Assembly (NCBI GenBank): GCA_045862955.1
Contig: BTVI01000033.1
Location: 1 to 36,699 of the forward strand
From: Fimbriimonadales bacterium
GTDB lineage: Bacteria; Armatimonadota; Fimbriimonadia; Fimbriimonadales; JABRVX01
Length of the DNA stretch: 36,699 bases
Reading direction: 5' to 3'
Shown: positions 8,412 through 17,128 of the stretch, piece by piece
Layout: every line of letters starts with the position of its first letter
Position numbering within the stretch: the stretch's first letter is position 1
Position numbers and translations under genes: made by a program
The notes under the pieces: generated by a model
What the model saw: the letters and a program-made list of their open reading frames with translations, nothing else
Told to the model about the DNA's origin: nothing
Database searches by the model: none

Positions 8412-9803
8412 TCAGCGTTCTAGGGCTTCCTCGGCGGTCGAGGCGCGCCCCATCCATATCTCCTGCGCGAGTGTCAGGGCCACGCCGGGCCGAAGCGCTG
8501 GTCGGGCGAGCAGCAGAGTGCCGTAGAGACGACCGTTCCTCCCCCGTGAGGCCACGACTCGGCCTTCCGCGGCGCTATGTTTGGGCCAGTGGACCGCAAG
8601 CCCGTAACGGATGCGGCTCAGCTTGAGCGTCATGGCGCAGCCTGTCTCCGACTCGGCGTAGTCGGTCGGCTCGGCGCCATCGGGCAGGCAGATGCTCGGG
8701 CCCTGCAACCCGGTCAGCCTATGAGCCTCGCTGACTTCGTAGCGACAACAAAGCGCCAACCGCGAGCGGTCCGGCTTGGGAGTGACCGAGATGCTCCACG
8801 AGGCCCACTGGTCGTGATTGCTCATCGTGAGCGACGTGCCTTCCACCCTAGAGCGCTTGCCGTAGAGGGCGCGCGGCGGCTCGCCCGGCTCCCCTAGCGC
8901 CGTCGCCAGAGACCGAATCCATCCAGCGAAGCGCAGCGGGTCACCCAACTCGAACTGCCCTGCCCCGAAGCCCAACTCGGACCTTGGCAGAACCATGCGG
9001 AAGCTGGGGGTAGCCACCGAGATCGTCGAGCGGCGGATCCAAACGCCTCGGTGGCGGGCTTCCGCGCGGACCGGCGGATCGCTTGCGACCACGTCGGTGC
9101 CGCAGTCGGCCCTGCTTCTCCCACTCCGTACGCGAACCACGGCACCGTACAGTCCCGGCTCGTACGGCGCGATAGCCCACACGGCAACCACGCTCTCTCC
9201 CGGCAGCAGGCTCGGCAGCGTCTTCTCGGGCTCCACTCCGGCAGCAAGCAGCTCCCGACCCGACCGCAGGTCAGCAACGGGATGTGCCAGAGCCTCGCTG
9301 CCCGTGTTGCTCACCACGCACCGAAGCTCTGCGACCTGTCCGACCAGAACCACCGGCTGCAGCGTGTGGAACTCCGAGATCGCGAGTCGCGGCCCCACCG
9401 GCTCGAAGCTCACCGAGCGAATGGTTAGTGACCCTCTTAAGGTGCCGACGCCGACGAACGCGTGCTTGGCCCACCGAGGCGCGACTACTTCCTCCACGCA
9501 GTGCCGACTGTCGAGAGGGATCACCTGACTACCGATCTCTGGTGCTCGTTCACCCATCCAGGCGACGCGCAGGGCAGCGCTACCGTCCAGGCTCTCGGCC
9601 TCTACTGCCACTCGATATGCGGCGGCAGGCGCCACATCCACGGGGCCCGACGTGACTGCCACAGGTTCGGTGCCGTTGCTCACCAGCGAGACGAGCTGCG
9701 TCCCTCCGGAGCGTATCAGCGTTGCGCCTTGACCCGTCGTCTTCCACCCGTTCAGCGCCTCACGGAAGTCGTGGTTGGGGAGAAGCTGCGTTCGTCGTTC
9801 CAC
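8412..9803 (-). CDS. Hypothetical protein with an N-terminal CBM-like jelly-roll and a CARDB/Ig-like domain
   Basis: LLPNHDFREALNGW (CBM4/9-like start) and VVSNTGS...TLPSLLPGESVVAVW (CARDB-like). Start uncertain (GTG 9803 or ATG 9812); the longer ORF to 10217 overlaps tdh. Confidence 0.65.
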   Translation of the reverse strand: MERRTQLLPNHDFREALNGWKTTGQGATLIRSGGTQLVSLVSNGTEPVAVTSGPVDVAPAAAYRVAVEAESLDGSAALRVAWMGERAPEIGSQVIPLDSRHCVEEVVAPRWAKHAFVGVGTLRGSLTIRSVSFEPVGPRLAISEFHTLQPVVLVGQVAELRCVVSNTGSEALAHPVADLRSGRELLAAGVEPEKTLPSLLPGESVVAVWAIAPYEPGLYGAVVRVRSGRSRADCGTDVVASDPPVRAEARHRGVWIRRSTISVATPSFRMVLPRSELGFGAGQFELGDPLRFAGWIRSLATALGEPGEPPRALYGKRSRVEGTSLTMSNHDQWASWSISVTPKPDRSRLALCCRYEVSEAHRLTGLQGPSICLPDGAEPTDYAESETGCAMTLKLSRIRYGLAVHWPKHSAAEGRVVASRGRNGRLYGTLLLARPALRPGVALTLAQEIWMGRASTAEEALER

Positions 9804-9902
9804 AGAGCCCATATTACAGCATCGGTGAGTTGTTCTCGGGTCGCTGCCACCCGGGAGCGGCGAGGGGGAGTACAATGGGTCGCGGAAGGAGAACCGATCC
9901 GC

Positions 9903-10931
9903 GTGAAAGCCATTGCCAAAACGCAGCCCGCCCCCGGCTGCGATCTCATCGAGGTCCCCGAACCCACCGTAGCCCCCGGCACAGTCAAGGTCCGCGTGCA
10001 GCGAACGAGCATCTGCGGGACCGATTATCACATCTGGAAATGGGACCCTTGGGCCGCCGGACGCATCCGCCCTCCGCGTGTCATCGGCCACGAGTGGTGC
10101 GGCATCGTCGAAGAGGTGGGCGAGGGTGTGGAACGGGTCCGAGCGGGTGACTTCGTTGCTGGCGAGTCCCACATCGTGTGCGGAAAGTGCGTGCAGTGTC
10201 TGGCGGGGCAAGGGCATGTGTGCGCTAACACACGCATTATCGGTGTAGACATAGATGGCTGCTTCGCGCCGTGGCTAGTAGTACCCGAGGCCAACGCGCG
10301 GGTTACCGATCGCTCGGTGCCACCCGAGGTGGCGACAGTGCAGGACCCCCTGGGCAACGCCGTGCATACCACGCTGGCAGGGCCCATCGAAGGACGCACC
10401 GTGCTCGTTCTCGGCATGGGACCGATCGGCCTATTCTCGGTTGCGATTGCCAAGGCGTGTGGCAGTGGAAAGGTGATAGTAACCGAGGTGAGCGACTATC
10501 GGCTCGCGATGGCGGAGGCGGTGGGGGCGGATCTGCTGCTCAACCCTACCAAAGACGACGTGGCGAAGCGAGTGTATGATGCCACCGATGGCGTCGGCGT
10601 GGATGTGGCATTAGAGATGTCGGGGCATCCGCAGGCGTTCGAGCAGGCAGTGGAATGTACGCGAGCGGGTGGGCGCATCAGCATGCTCGGCATCTTCCCC
10701 ATGAACCTAACCGTGGACATGGACAAGGTGATCTTCAAGGGCCTGGAACTGCAAGGCATCGTGGGCCGACGTTTATGGGAAACGTGGGATCAGATGGGGG
10801 AGCTGCTATCTTCGGGACGGCTCGACATCCGCTCGGTGATCACCCACCACCTCCACTACACCGAGTTCGATAAGGCGATGGAGCTGATTACCCTTGGACA
10901 GTGCGGCAAGGTAGTCTTTACCGTAGACTAG
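9903..10931 (+). CDS. tdh: L-threonine 3-dehydrogenase
   Basis: SICGTDYHIWKWDPWA, GHE, GESHIVCGKCVQC...C, DPLGNAVHT, GMGPIG, LEMSG, GIVGRRLWETW, GQCGKVV; GAAGGAG RBS before GTG. Confidence 0.95.
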   Translation: MKAIAKTQPAPGCDLIEVPEPTVAPGTVKVRVQRTSICGTDYHIWKWDPWAAGRIRPPRVIGHEWCGIVEEVGEGVERVRAGDFVAGESHIVCGKCVQCLAGQGHVCANTRIIGVDIDGCFAPWLVVPEANARVTDRSVPPEVATVQDPLGNAVHTTLAGPIEGRTVLVLGMGPIGLFSVAIAKACGSGKVIVTEVSDYRLAMAEAVGADLLLNPTKDDVAKRVYDATDGVGVDVALEMSGHPQAFEQAVECTRAGGRISMLGIFPMNLTVDMDKVIFKGLELQGIVGRRLWETWDQMGELLSSGRLDIRSVITHHLHYTEFDKAMELITLGQCGKVVFTVD

Positions 10932-11070
10932 CCGCGCACAGCGGGACGTGCACTGTGCTGACCAGAGTGCGGCAAGGTGGTCTTTACCGTAGACTAGCCG
11001 CCCGCAGCGGGACGTGCACTGTGCTGACCAGAGTGCGGCAAGGTAGTCTTTACCGTAGACTAGCCGCCCG
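10900..11070 (+). repeat. 66-bp tandem repeat (~2.6 copies) containing the last codons and stop of tdh
   Basis: GTGCGGCAAGGTRGTCTTTACCGTAGACTAGCCGC recurs at 10901, 10967 and 11033. Confidence 0.95.
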
Positions 11071-11150
11071 ATCGTCGTGCTCTGGTCCTCCGCGCCGTTG
11101 AGACGTCGTTTTCGGTCTGGCGAACCGCCTCACACGTCACGCTGGGCCTG

Positions 11151-11540
11151 CCATCCCTCCACATCCGCGATGTGGAGGGTAGAGTAACGATAGGAACCTA
11201 CCATCCCTCCACATCCGTGATGTGGAGGGTACAGGCGCGATAGGAACCTACCATCCCGCCATCCCTCCACATCCGCGATGTGGAGGGTGCAGGAGTGATA
11301 GGAACCTACCATCCCTCCACATCCGCGATGTGGAGGGTAGAGGAGCGACAGGAACCTACCATCCCTCCACATCCGCGATGTGGAGGGTAGAGTAGCGATA
11401 GGAACCTACCATCCCTCCACATCCGCGATGGGGAGGGTAGAGTAGCGACAGGAACCTACCATCCCTCCCCATCCGTGATGGGGAGGGTAGAGTAACGATA
11501 GGAACCTACCATCCCTCCACATCCGTGATGTGGATGGATG
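11151..11540. repeat. Tandem array of eight ~50-bp hairpin units
   Basis: CCATCCCTCCACATC-CGC-GATGTGGAGGGT-(variable ~8 nt)-GAYAGGAACCTA at 11151, 11201, 11259, 11309, 11359, 11409, 11459 and 11509. Confidence 0.95.
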
Positions 11541-12790
11541 GCAGCAGCAGCAGCCCTGCATACCGGCTCGTGCCCACACGGTCCCAGGTATCACCCCCCC
11601 GTGCCGTAAGCGTCCGCACTACCATACCCGCCGCCATACCCTCCACATCGCGGATGTGGAGGGATGGCAGCCAGCCATACCGAGCCTGTCGCGTCATGCT
11701 CAACCCGGCGTCATCCTGAAGCCTTCGTCATGCTGAGCCTGTCGAAGCATGACGTGAGAAAAGGCATACCATACCCTCCACATCGCGGATGTGGAGGGAT
11801 AGCAGCGGACCCTTCCCCTCGCAGTGGTGAGGGATGTGGCCGGTAGCCGCTAGCGGAGCATGCACAGGCGATATGGGGCGGCCTGCGGGGTCATGCTTCG
11901 ACAGGCTCAGCATGACGTGGCAAGGGGCCTGTTCATGTCCCCCACCGCTTTCAGATCCCGCACCTCTTTCATATCCCCCACCACCCGGAGAGCGGGGGTC
12001 ACCGGCGACGTGATGCTGACCCTGTCGTCAGGCTGAGCCCGTCGTCATGCGCCATCCGCCATCCCTCCACATCCGCGATGTGGAGGGTACAGGAGCGATA
12101 GGAACCTACCATCCCTCCACAGCCGCGATGCGGAGGGATGGCATCCGTGCATACCGGCTCGTGCCCACACGGTCCCAGGTATCACCCCCCGTGCCGCAAG
12201 CGCCGGCACTTCCATACCCGCCGCCATACCCTCCACATCGCGGATGTGGAGGGATAGCCAGCCATACCGAGACTGTCGCGTCATGCTCAACCCGACGTCA
12301 TGCTGAAGCCTTCGTCATGCTGAGCCTGTCGAAGCATGACGTGAGAAAAGGCATACCATACCCTCCACATCGCGGATGTGGAGGGATAGCGGCTGAGCCT
12401 GTCGCGTCATGCTCAACCCGACGTCATGCTGAAGCCTTCGTCATGCTTCGACAAGCTCAGCATGACGTGACAAGGGGCCTGTTCATATCCCCCACCGCTT
12501 TCAGATCCCCCACCACCCGAAGAGGGTGAGGCACCGGCAACGTGATGCCGACCCTGTCGTCACGCTGAGCCCGACGTCATGCGCCATCCCTCCACATCGC
12601 GGATGTGGAGGGATAGCGGATAGCAGCCCTGCATACCGGCTCGTGCCCACACGGTCCCAGGTATCACCCCCCCCGTGCCGTAAGCGCCGGCACTTCCATA
12701 CCCGCCGCTATACCCTCCACATCGCGGATGTGGAGGGATAGCCACATCCCCCACCCTCCTTCATATCCCGCACCGCTCGCAGTGGTGAGG
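11541..12790. repeat. Mosaic REP-like repeat region 1 (CCCTCCACATC hairpins, GTCATGCTGAGCCTGTCGAAGCATGAC units, duplicated linkers)
   Basis: 27-bp units at 11727, 11890 (reverse), 12314 and 12440 (reverse); linker ATACCGGCTCGTGCCCACACGGTCCCAGGTATCACCCCC in three copies; no credible ORF. Confidence 0.9.
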
Positions 12791-13029
12791 CATAGCGGCC
12801 ACACGGATCATCGCGCAGCAGAGTTCCGCCAAGGCCGGGAAGCCGGGCGTCGTGCACTACCAAAGGACGAGCAGGCTCGCGCACCCTTGCCTGGGACGGT
12901 CTCAGATCCCCCGATTCCTACCGGCCCCAACCTGGAAAAACGGCATAGCCCGAAAGAGCCCGCTGCGTGGCAAGAGCATCTCGGCGGTTCGATGGGACCG
13001 TAATCACTGGCGTTGAAGGTGGGCTCGAG

Positions 13030-13236
13030 ATGCAGGTTATCAAGGCGAAAAGCTTCATCGGTTACCGGTGCGAGATCATCTCCTCCGACCGTACCGGGGC
13101 AGAGATCCGAACCGAAGCAGAGATCCTCGATGTAATCTATATTCCACTCTACGGTTCGTGCCTGGTCACGGACAGCGGCGAGATCATGCTGGACAAGGTC
13201 CGGCTCATCCAGCCCCTGGAGGTCGCCGCGGCGTAG
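13030..13236 (+). CDS. Small hypothetical protein (68 aa)
   Basis: GAAGGTG RBS, globular composition (MQVIKAKSFIGYRCEI...YIPLYGSCLVTD), GC3-rich codons. Confidence 0.7.
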   Translation: MQVIKAKSFIGYRCEIISSDRTGAEIRTEAEILDVIYIPLYGSCLVTDSGEIMLDKVRLIQPLEVAAA

Positions 13237-13281
13237 GGACGTACGGAAGGATTTCGGCACCGAGCGGGCCGCCTGCCACGG

Positions 13282-13746
13282 TCAGGCCTGCTCGGTGTTT
13301 CCTCCCTCTTTTTTAAGCGACTCGGCCACGGCCTCCCATTTGCGAACGGTGCGCAGCGATTGCCTGCGCCGATCCATCGCCTGCTCCACCTTGATGGCCA
13401 GCAGCTCGTACACGTCCACCCCGGGGGTGTTCTTCTCCACGTAGTCGAAGGCACCGCGCCTCATGCATTCCACGGCATTCGTTACGTTGCCGTAGGCGGT
13501 GAGCACGATCACCTCGGCGAACAGGTCGCGCGCTACGGCGGCGTTCAGCACGTCAATCCCCGAGTCCGGCTTCTCCATAGACATGTCGGTGATGATGACG
13601 TCATAGGGCGGGTCCGCTTCGCGGATCATCAGAATGCCCTGCGCGGCGGAGCTGGCGTCGAACACCTTAACCCCAGAACGCTCCAGCCTGCGCCGAACCG
13701 CTTTGCGCACGTCCGGCTCATCATCGATAACCAGTGCTCTACACAT
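13282..13746 (-). CDS. Response regulator (receiver domain plus short helical tail)
   Basis: LVIDDE, DVIITDMSM (phospho-Asp), LTAYG, GAFDYVEK; start overlaps the kinase stop. Confidence 0.92.
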   Translation of the reverse strand: MCRALVIDDEPDVRKAVRRRLERSGVKVFDASSAAQGILMIREADPPYDVIITDMSMEKPDSGIDVLNAAVARDLFAEVIVLTAYGNVTNAVECMRRGAFDYVEKNTPGVDVYELLAIKVEQAMDRRRQSLRTVRKWEAVAESLKKEGGNTEQA

Positions 13747-15487
13747 TCTTAGCCTTCCTCTCGGGTGTCTTGCCCACCGGCAGCAGTACGACGAACCGGG
13801 CACCTTCGCCGGGTACTCCGTCCTCGTAAAGGCGTCCGCCGTGAGCATCCACAATACCTTTCGCGATCGAGAGCCCCAGACCCATTCCCTTCACGCGCGA
13901 GGTTCGGAAGGGATCGAAAATCGACAGCTTCATGTCCGCCGGAACGCCTGGCCCCTCGTCCTCGAACACCAGCTTCACGTATGGGCGACTAGGTGTGGAC
14001 ATTCGCGCCGACCGAAAGTCCTGTTCCTCGGCCAGTGCAGTGCTTACGCGGAAAGCGCCGCTCTCCTGAAAGTGCAGTGCGTTCTCGATAATCTCCGCCA
14101 CCACTCGTCGCATCTTGCCTGCATCGCACTGAATGGGCGGCAGGTCCTTTTGCAACGACACCTTCAGCTCGATTGCCGTTCGCTTGGGGAACATCTCGTC
14201 CAGAGTGGATTTGACCAACTCGTTGATGTCCGTCGTCTCGAGGGAGAGGTGGGTCGCTTTGACGAAGTCCCGGAACTCGGCAAGGATCTCCTCCAGTCGG
14301 TCCAGGTTGGCGCTGAGGCTATCTACGAGCTCCCGGACGGTGCCCATGTCCGGGTTCGGCTGCTCGATCACGTAGCGGAGCTCGTTCAGGTCGCCTTGGA
14401 TCGCGAACGCTCGGTTTCCGATCATGTGCGCACTGCGAGCGGACATCTCGCCCCAAGCCGCCATCCGCTCCGACTGCACGAGGCGGCGCACGGCTCGAAT
14501 GCTTCCCAGGCCGGAGCCCAGCAGGGCGGCCAGTGCCGCCAGTACACGCTCGTTGTTCGCCGTAAAGCTGTTGTCTATCCAGGGGCTGCCCCGCCGCCTG
14601 CGTAGCACGCGCATCACGCCGACCATCCGGTCCCTTCCAGGGATGGGCACGGCGAGAAAGGCGCTGATCTCCTCGGCAGGCATCTCGAGGTACTTCCCGC
14701 GCCAGTCTGGATGCTCCGTGGGGTTGGCTAGTCTGATGGCCGTGCCAGTCTCCGCGACCTTGCCGGTCAGTCCTTCACCGTCGGTATACATCGCCGTACC
14801 GACAAGGCCCTCGAGGTCGCCGCGCGTCGCCCGAAGCACGTAGGCGCGCGCCTCCGAGCTCCATACGAAAATCGAGCACGCCTCGAAAGCCAGCATCTCC
14901 GCGGCGATACGGAGCACTTCGTGCAGTAGGGTCTCCTCGTCTGGGTCCGAGGCGAGAACGTGACCCATGCTAATGAACGCTTCCTGGCGTCCCCGCTCGA
15001 CGCTCAGTTGGAGTGCCAGCTCGCCTAGGGCGGCCAACGGCTTGAGCAGTGCGATGTGCTCGTCGCTGAAGGCGTTGCCCTTATCGCTTTCGACGTTGAG
15101 CACGCCTCGGAGCCGGTCATGGTTGTCCACGATGGGTAGCGCCAGTTCACTACGGGTGGAAGGCACGAAACTGCGGTAGTGGGCATCCGCGGCTACGTCG
15201 CCGCTGTAGTAGGGCTGGCGCGAAGCGGCCACGTACGCAGTGATGCCCAGCCCCCGGTCGTCTCCTACGCCGATCTCGACGCTGCGTTTGCTTTCGTCCC
15301 AGGCCGCTCCCGCCCCGCCTTCGATGCGGAGGACGCCCGCAAAGTAGTCCACCACAGCCACGAGGGCGTTGTCTGCCCCGGTCAGCGTGATGGCGGCCTC
15401 GCTGACCCTGTCCAGAAAGGACCGGATTTCGGGCGCGCCGTCCAGCTCGGTAATTAGGGCCGCATACTTCTCCGTGGCTTCGTGCAT
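13739..15487 (-). CDS. Cytoplasmic GAF-GAF sensor histidine kinase
   Basis: Two GAF domains (GITAYVA...SELALPI; GEGLTGKVA...AFLAVPI), H-box SAHMIGN, N-box ENA, DEGPG, IFDPF, GMGLGL; no TM helices. Confidence 0.92.
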   Translation of the reverse strand: MHEATEKYAALITELDGAPEIRSFLDRVSEAAITLTGADNALVAVVDYFAGVLRIEGGAGAAWDESKRSVEIGVGDDRGLGITAYVAASRQPYYSGDVAADAHYRSFVPSTRSELALPIVDNHDRLRGVLNVESDKGNAFSDEHIALLKPLAALGELALQLSVERGRQEAFISMGHVLASDPDEETLLHEVLRIAAEMLAFEACSIFVWSSEARAYVLRATRGDLEGLVGTAMYTDGEGLTGKVAETGTAIRLANPTEHPDWRGKYLEMPAEEISAFLAVPIPGRDRMVGVMRVLRRRRGSPWIDNSFTANNERVLAALAALLGSGLGSIRAVRRLVQSERMAAWGEMSARSAHMIGNRAFAIQGDLNELRYVIEQPNPDMGTVRELVDSLSANLDRLEEILAEFRDFVKATHLSLETTDINELVKSTLDEMFPKRTAIELKVSLQKDLPPIQCDAGKMRRVVAEIIENALHFQESGAFRVSTALAEEQDFRSARMSTPSRPYVKLVFEDEGPGVPADMKLSIFDPFRTSRVKGMGLGLSIAKGIVDAHGGRLYEDGVPGEGARFVVLLPVGKTPERKAKNV

Positions 15488-15592
15488 GTGTGAGCGGGAT
15501 TATACCGACCGGACGCACAAGCCGAGGCGCGGGCTCCTTCCTCGAGGCAGCCCGCGCGCCGCAGGAACGGGAGCGGCCGCTCCCCTACGGCC

Positions 15593-16654
15593 TCAGCGAT
15601 CGCCAAAGAGGCCGAAGTTCAGGCACAGGAGGTTCAAGTCGTAGATGTCGACAAGGCCGGTGCCATCCATATCGGATCGCCACAGGACCGTGTCCCAGTC
15701 GTACATCAACTGGTTGATGTCACGCAGATCGATCTGATTGTCGCCGTTGGCGTCTCCATTGATCGGATGCCTCGGGTTCAGATCCGTAGTTCCGTCTAGG
15801 CGGATGGGACCGTGGTTGATTTGCAGCCAGTGGCTCGGCTTGGTCATGATGCTGTAGGTGCCGATGTTGTGGCTCACCACGCTGTAGCGCCCCTGGGCGT
15901 CGAGCGTGGTAGTCAGCGTCTCCACCACCGTGTCGCCGTCCTTCAGGACCACTTTGAAACCCTTGTTCATCGGTGAGCCATAGTATTGTCCGAGCTCTAC
16001 CTGTCCTCGGATGGTTGCTGCAATTGTGGCCTCGACGTTGGGTGTCTGGGCCGCGTTGCCACACTGGTCGAAAGCCACGATGCGAATGCGGTGCGTGCTA
16101 CCTGCAGCCACCCCCACAGTGCTCCACACATACTCGACGTTCGGGCCATAACCCTTCTTCACCCTCACACCGTCTATGTACAGCCACCACTCACCCGGAC
16201 CCATGTAGTTGTCGAAGACCTCGCCTTCGATCCACACGTCCCCACTAACGACCTGTCCTTGTGTAGGCTGCAGGAGGCGAACTGTGGGTGGTACCGTGTC
16301 CACTCGCAGGAGCAGAGAGGCTCGCGCCTCGTTGCCTTGCTCGTCCCCCGCCCACAGGAACAGGGTGTGCTCACCATCGTCCAGTCCCAGCGCCTTCGGG
16401 TCGAATCCCACGCTGATATACGGAGGAAGCGAGCCGTACCACCGCTCATCATAGATGTAGTGACCGACCTCATCGCGCAAGGTGATACGTAGCGGTGCAG
16501 GACCAGTCACCCGAAAACTTACATCCTGGAACCATCGAACGCATGCTCCGTCGGCAGGATGCAAGAACTCTGCGGTGTAGAGCGGGCCGTCCGCGAAGGA
16601 CGGCACAGCCATCAGGAGCAGTGATACAAAGGCTGCGGATCGGACTCGGTTCAC
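15593..16654 (-). CDS. Exported protein with Ig-like domains and a C-terminal dockerin-like Ca-binding domain
   Basis: Signal peptide (PSFA-D), DTVPPTV Ig boundary, GDANGDNQIDLRD and DMDGTGLVDIYD EF-hand-like pair; GGGAGG RBS before GTG. Confidence 0.8.
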   Translation of the reverse strand: MNRVRSAAFVSLLLMAVPSFADGPLYTAEFLHPADGACVRWFQDVSFRVTGPAPLRITLRDEVGHYIYDERWYGSLPPYISVGFDPKALGLDDGEHTLFLWAGDEQGNEARASLLLRVDTVPPTVRLLQPTQGQVVSGDVWIEGEVFDNYMGPGEWWLYIDGVRVKKGYGPNVEYVWSTVGVAAGSTHRIRIVAFDQCGNAAQTPNVEATIAATIRGQVELGQYYGSPMNKGFKVVLKDGDTVVETLTTTLDAQGRYSVVSHNIGTYSIMTKPSHWLQINHGPIRLDGTTDLNPRHPINGDANGDNQIDLRDINQLMYDWDTVLWRSDMDGTGLVDIYDLNLLCLNFGLFGDR

Positions 16655-17128
16655 GGTCTTCCTCCCTTGGGTACATAACCCGCCCACGCCGCCATCCTTC
16701 GTCGTGAGCGCTCTCCGTTCTCGCCCGTCCGCTGCACCGATTCACGCGGAGCCGGTGCAGCGGTTGGGCAACCTGTGAGGAGAAATCCATATCGGGGCGC
16801 TCCGCTCACCGGCATGTCTTCGGTTATTGAGATGTGCGAATTGCGGGAGTTGTGAGAGATCCTACTGCATTCCCGTGAAACGACTGGCTCACGGCCTCGA
16901 GCACTACCCGGACAAAACCTGTGCACAGCCATCGCTTCGGTCAGTTCAACCCCGCTGCTACGCCATGCGCTTCGCTACCAGCGAACGGGGTCCCCAAAGC
17001 CTAGCAACGATCTCGGCCCTACGATACGGGGAACCAACCGTAAGGACATCGGGGCTCTTAGCCTATCCCTGGCACCATCGTCAGCTGGGGCGTGAGCACC
17101 GTGTACCTAGCACGAGAGATGTAGTGCG

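Noticed and set aside
9462..10217. Long overlapping N-terminal extensions of tdh and the opposite-strand ORF
   Set aside because: These are shadow frames; tdh homology starts at GTG 9903 with a good RBS
11151..11540. CRISPR array
   Set aside because: The variable segments are only ~8 nt and related to each other rather than unique 25-45-nt spacers; no leader or cas genes
10932..13029. Transposase/RAYT/GIY-YIG gene driving the repeats
   Set aside because: No ORF with HUH, DDE or GIY-YIG motifs in or near any array in this window
16655..17128. ncRNA or small gene in the ~470-bp intergenic region
   Set aside because: No convincing ORF, riboswitch motif or nested structure recognised
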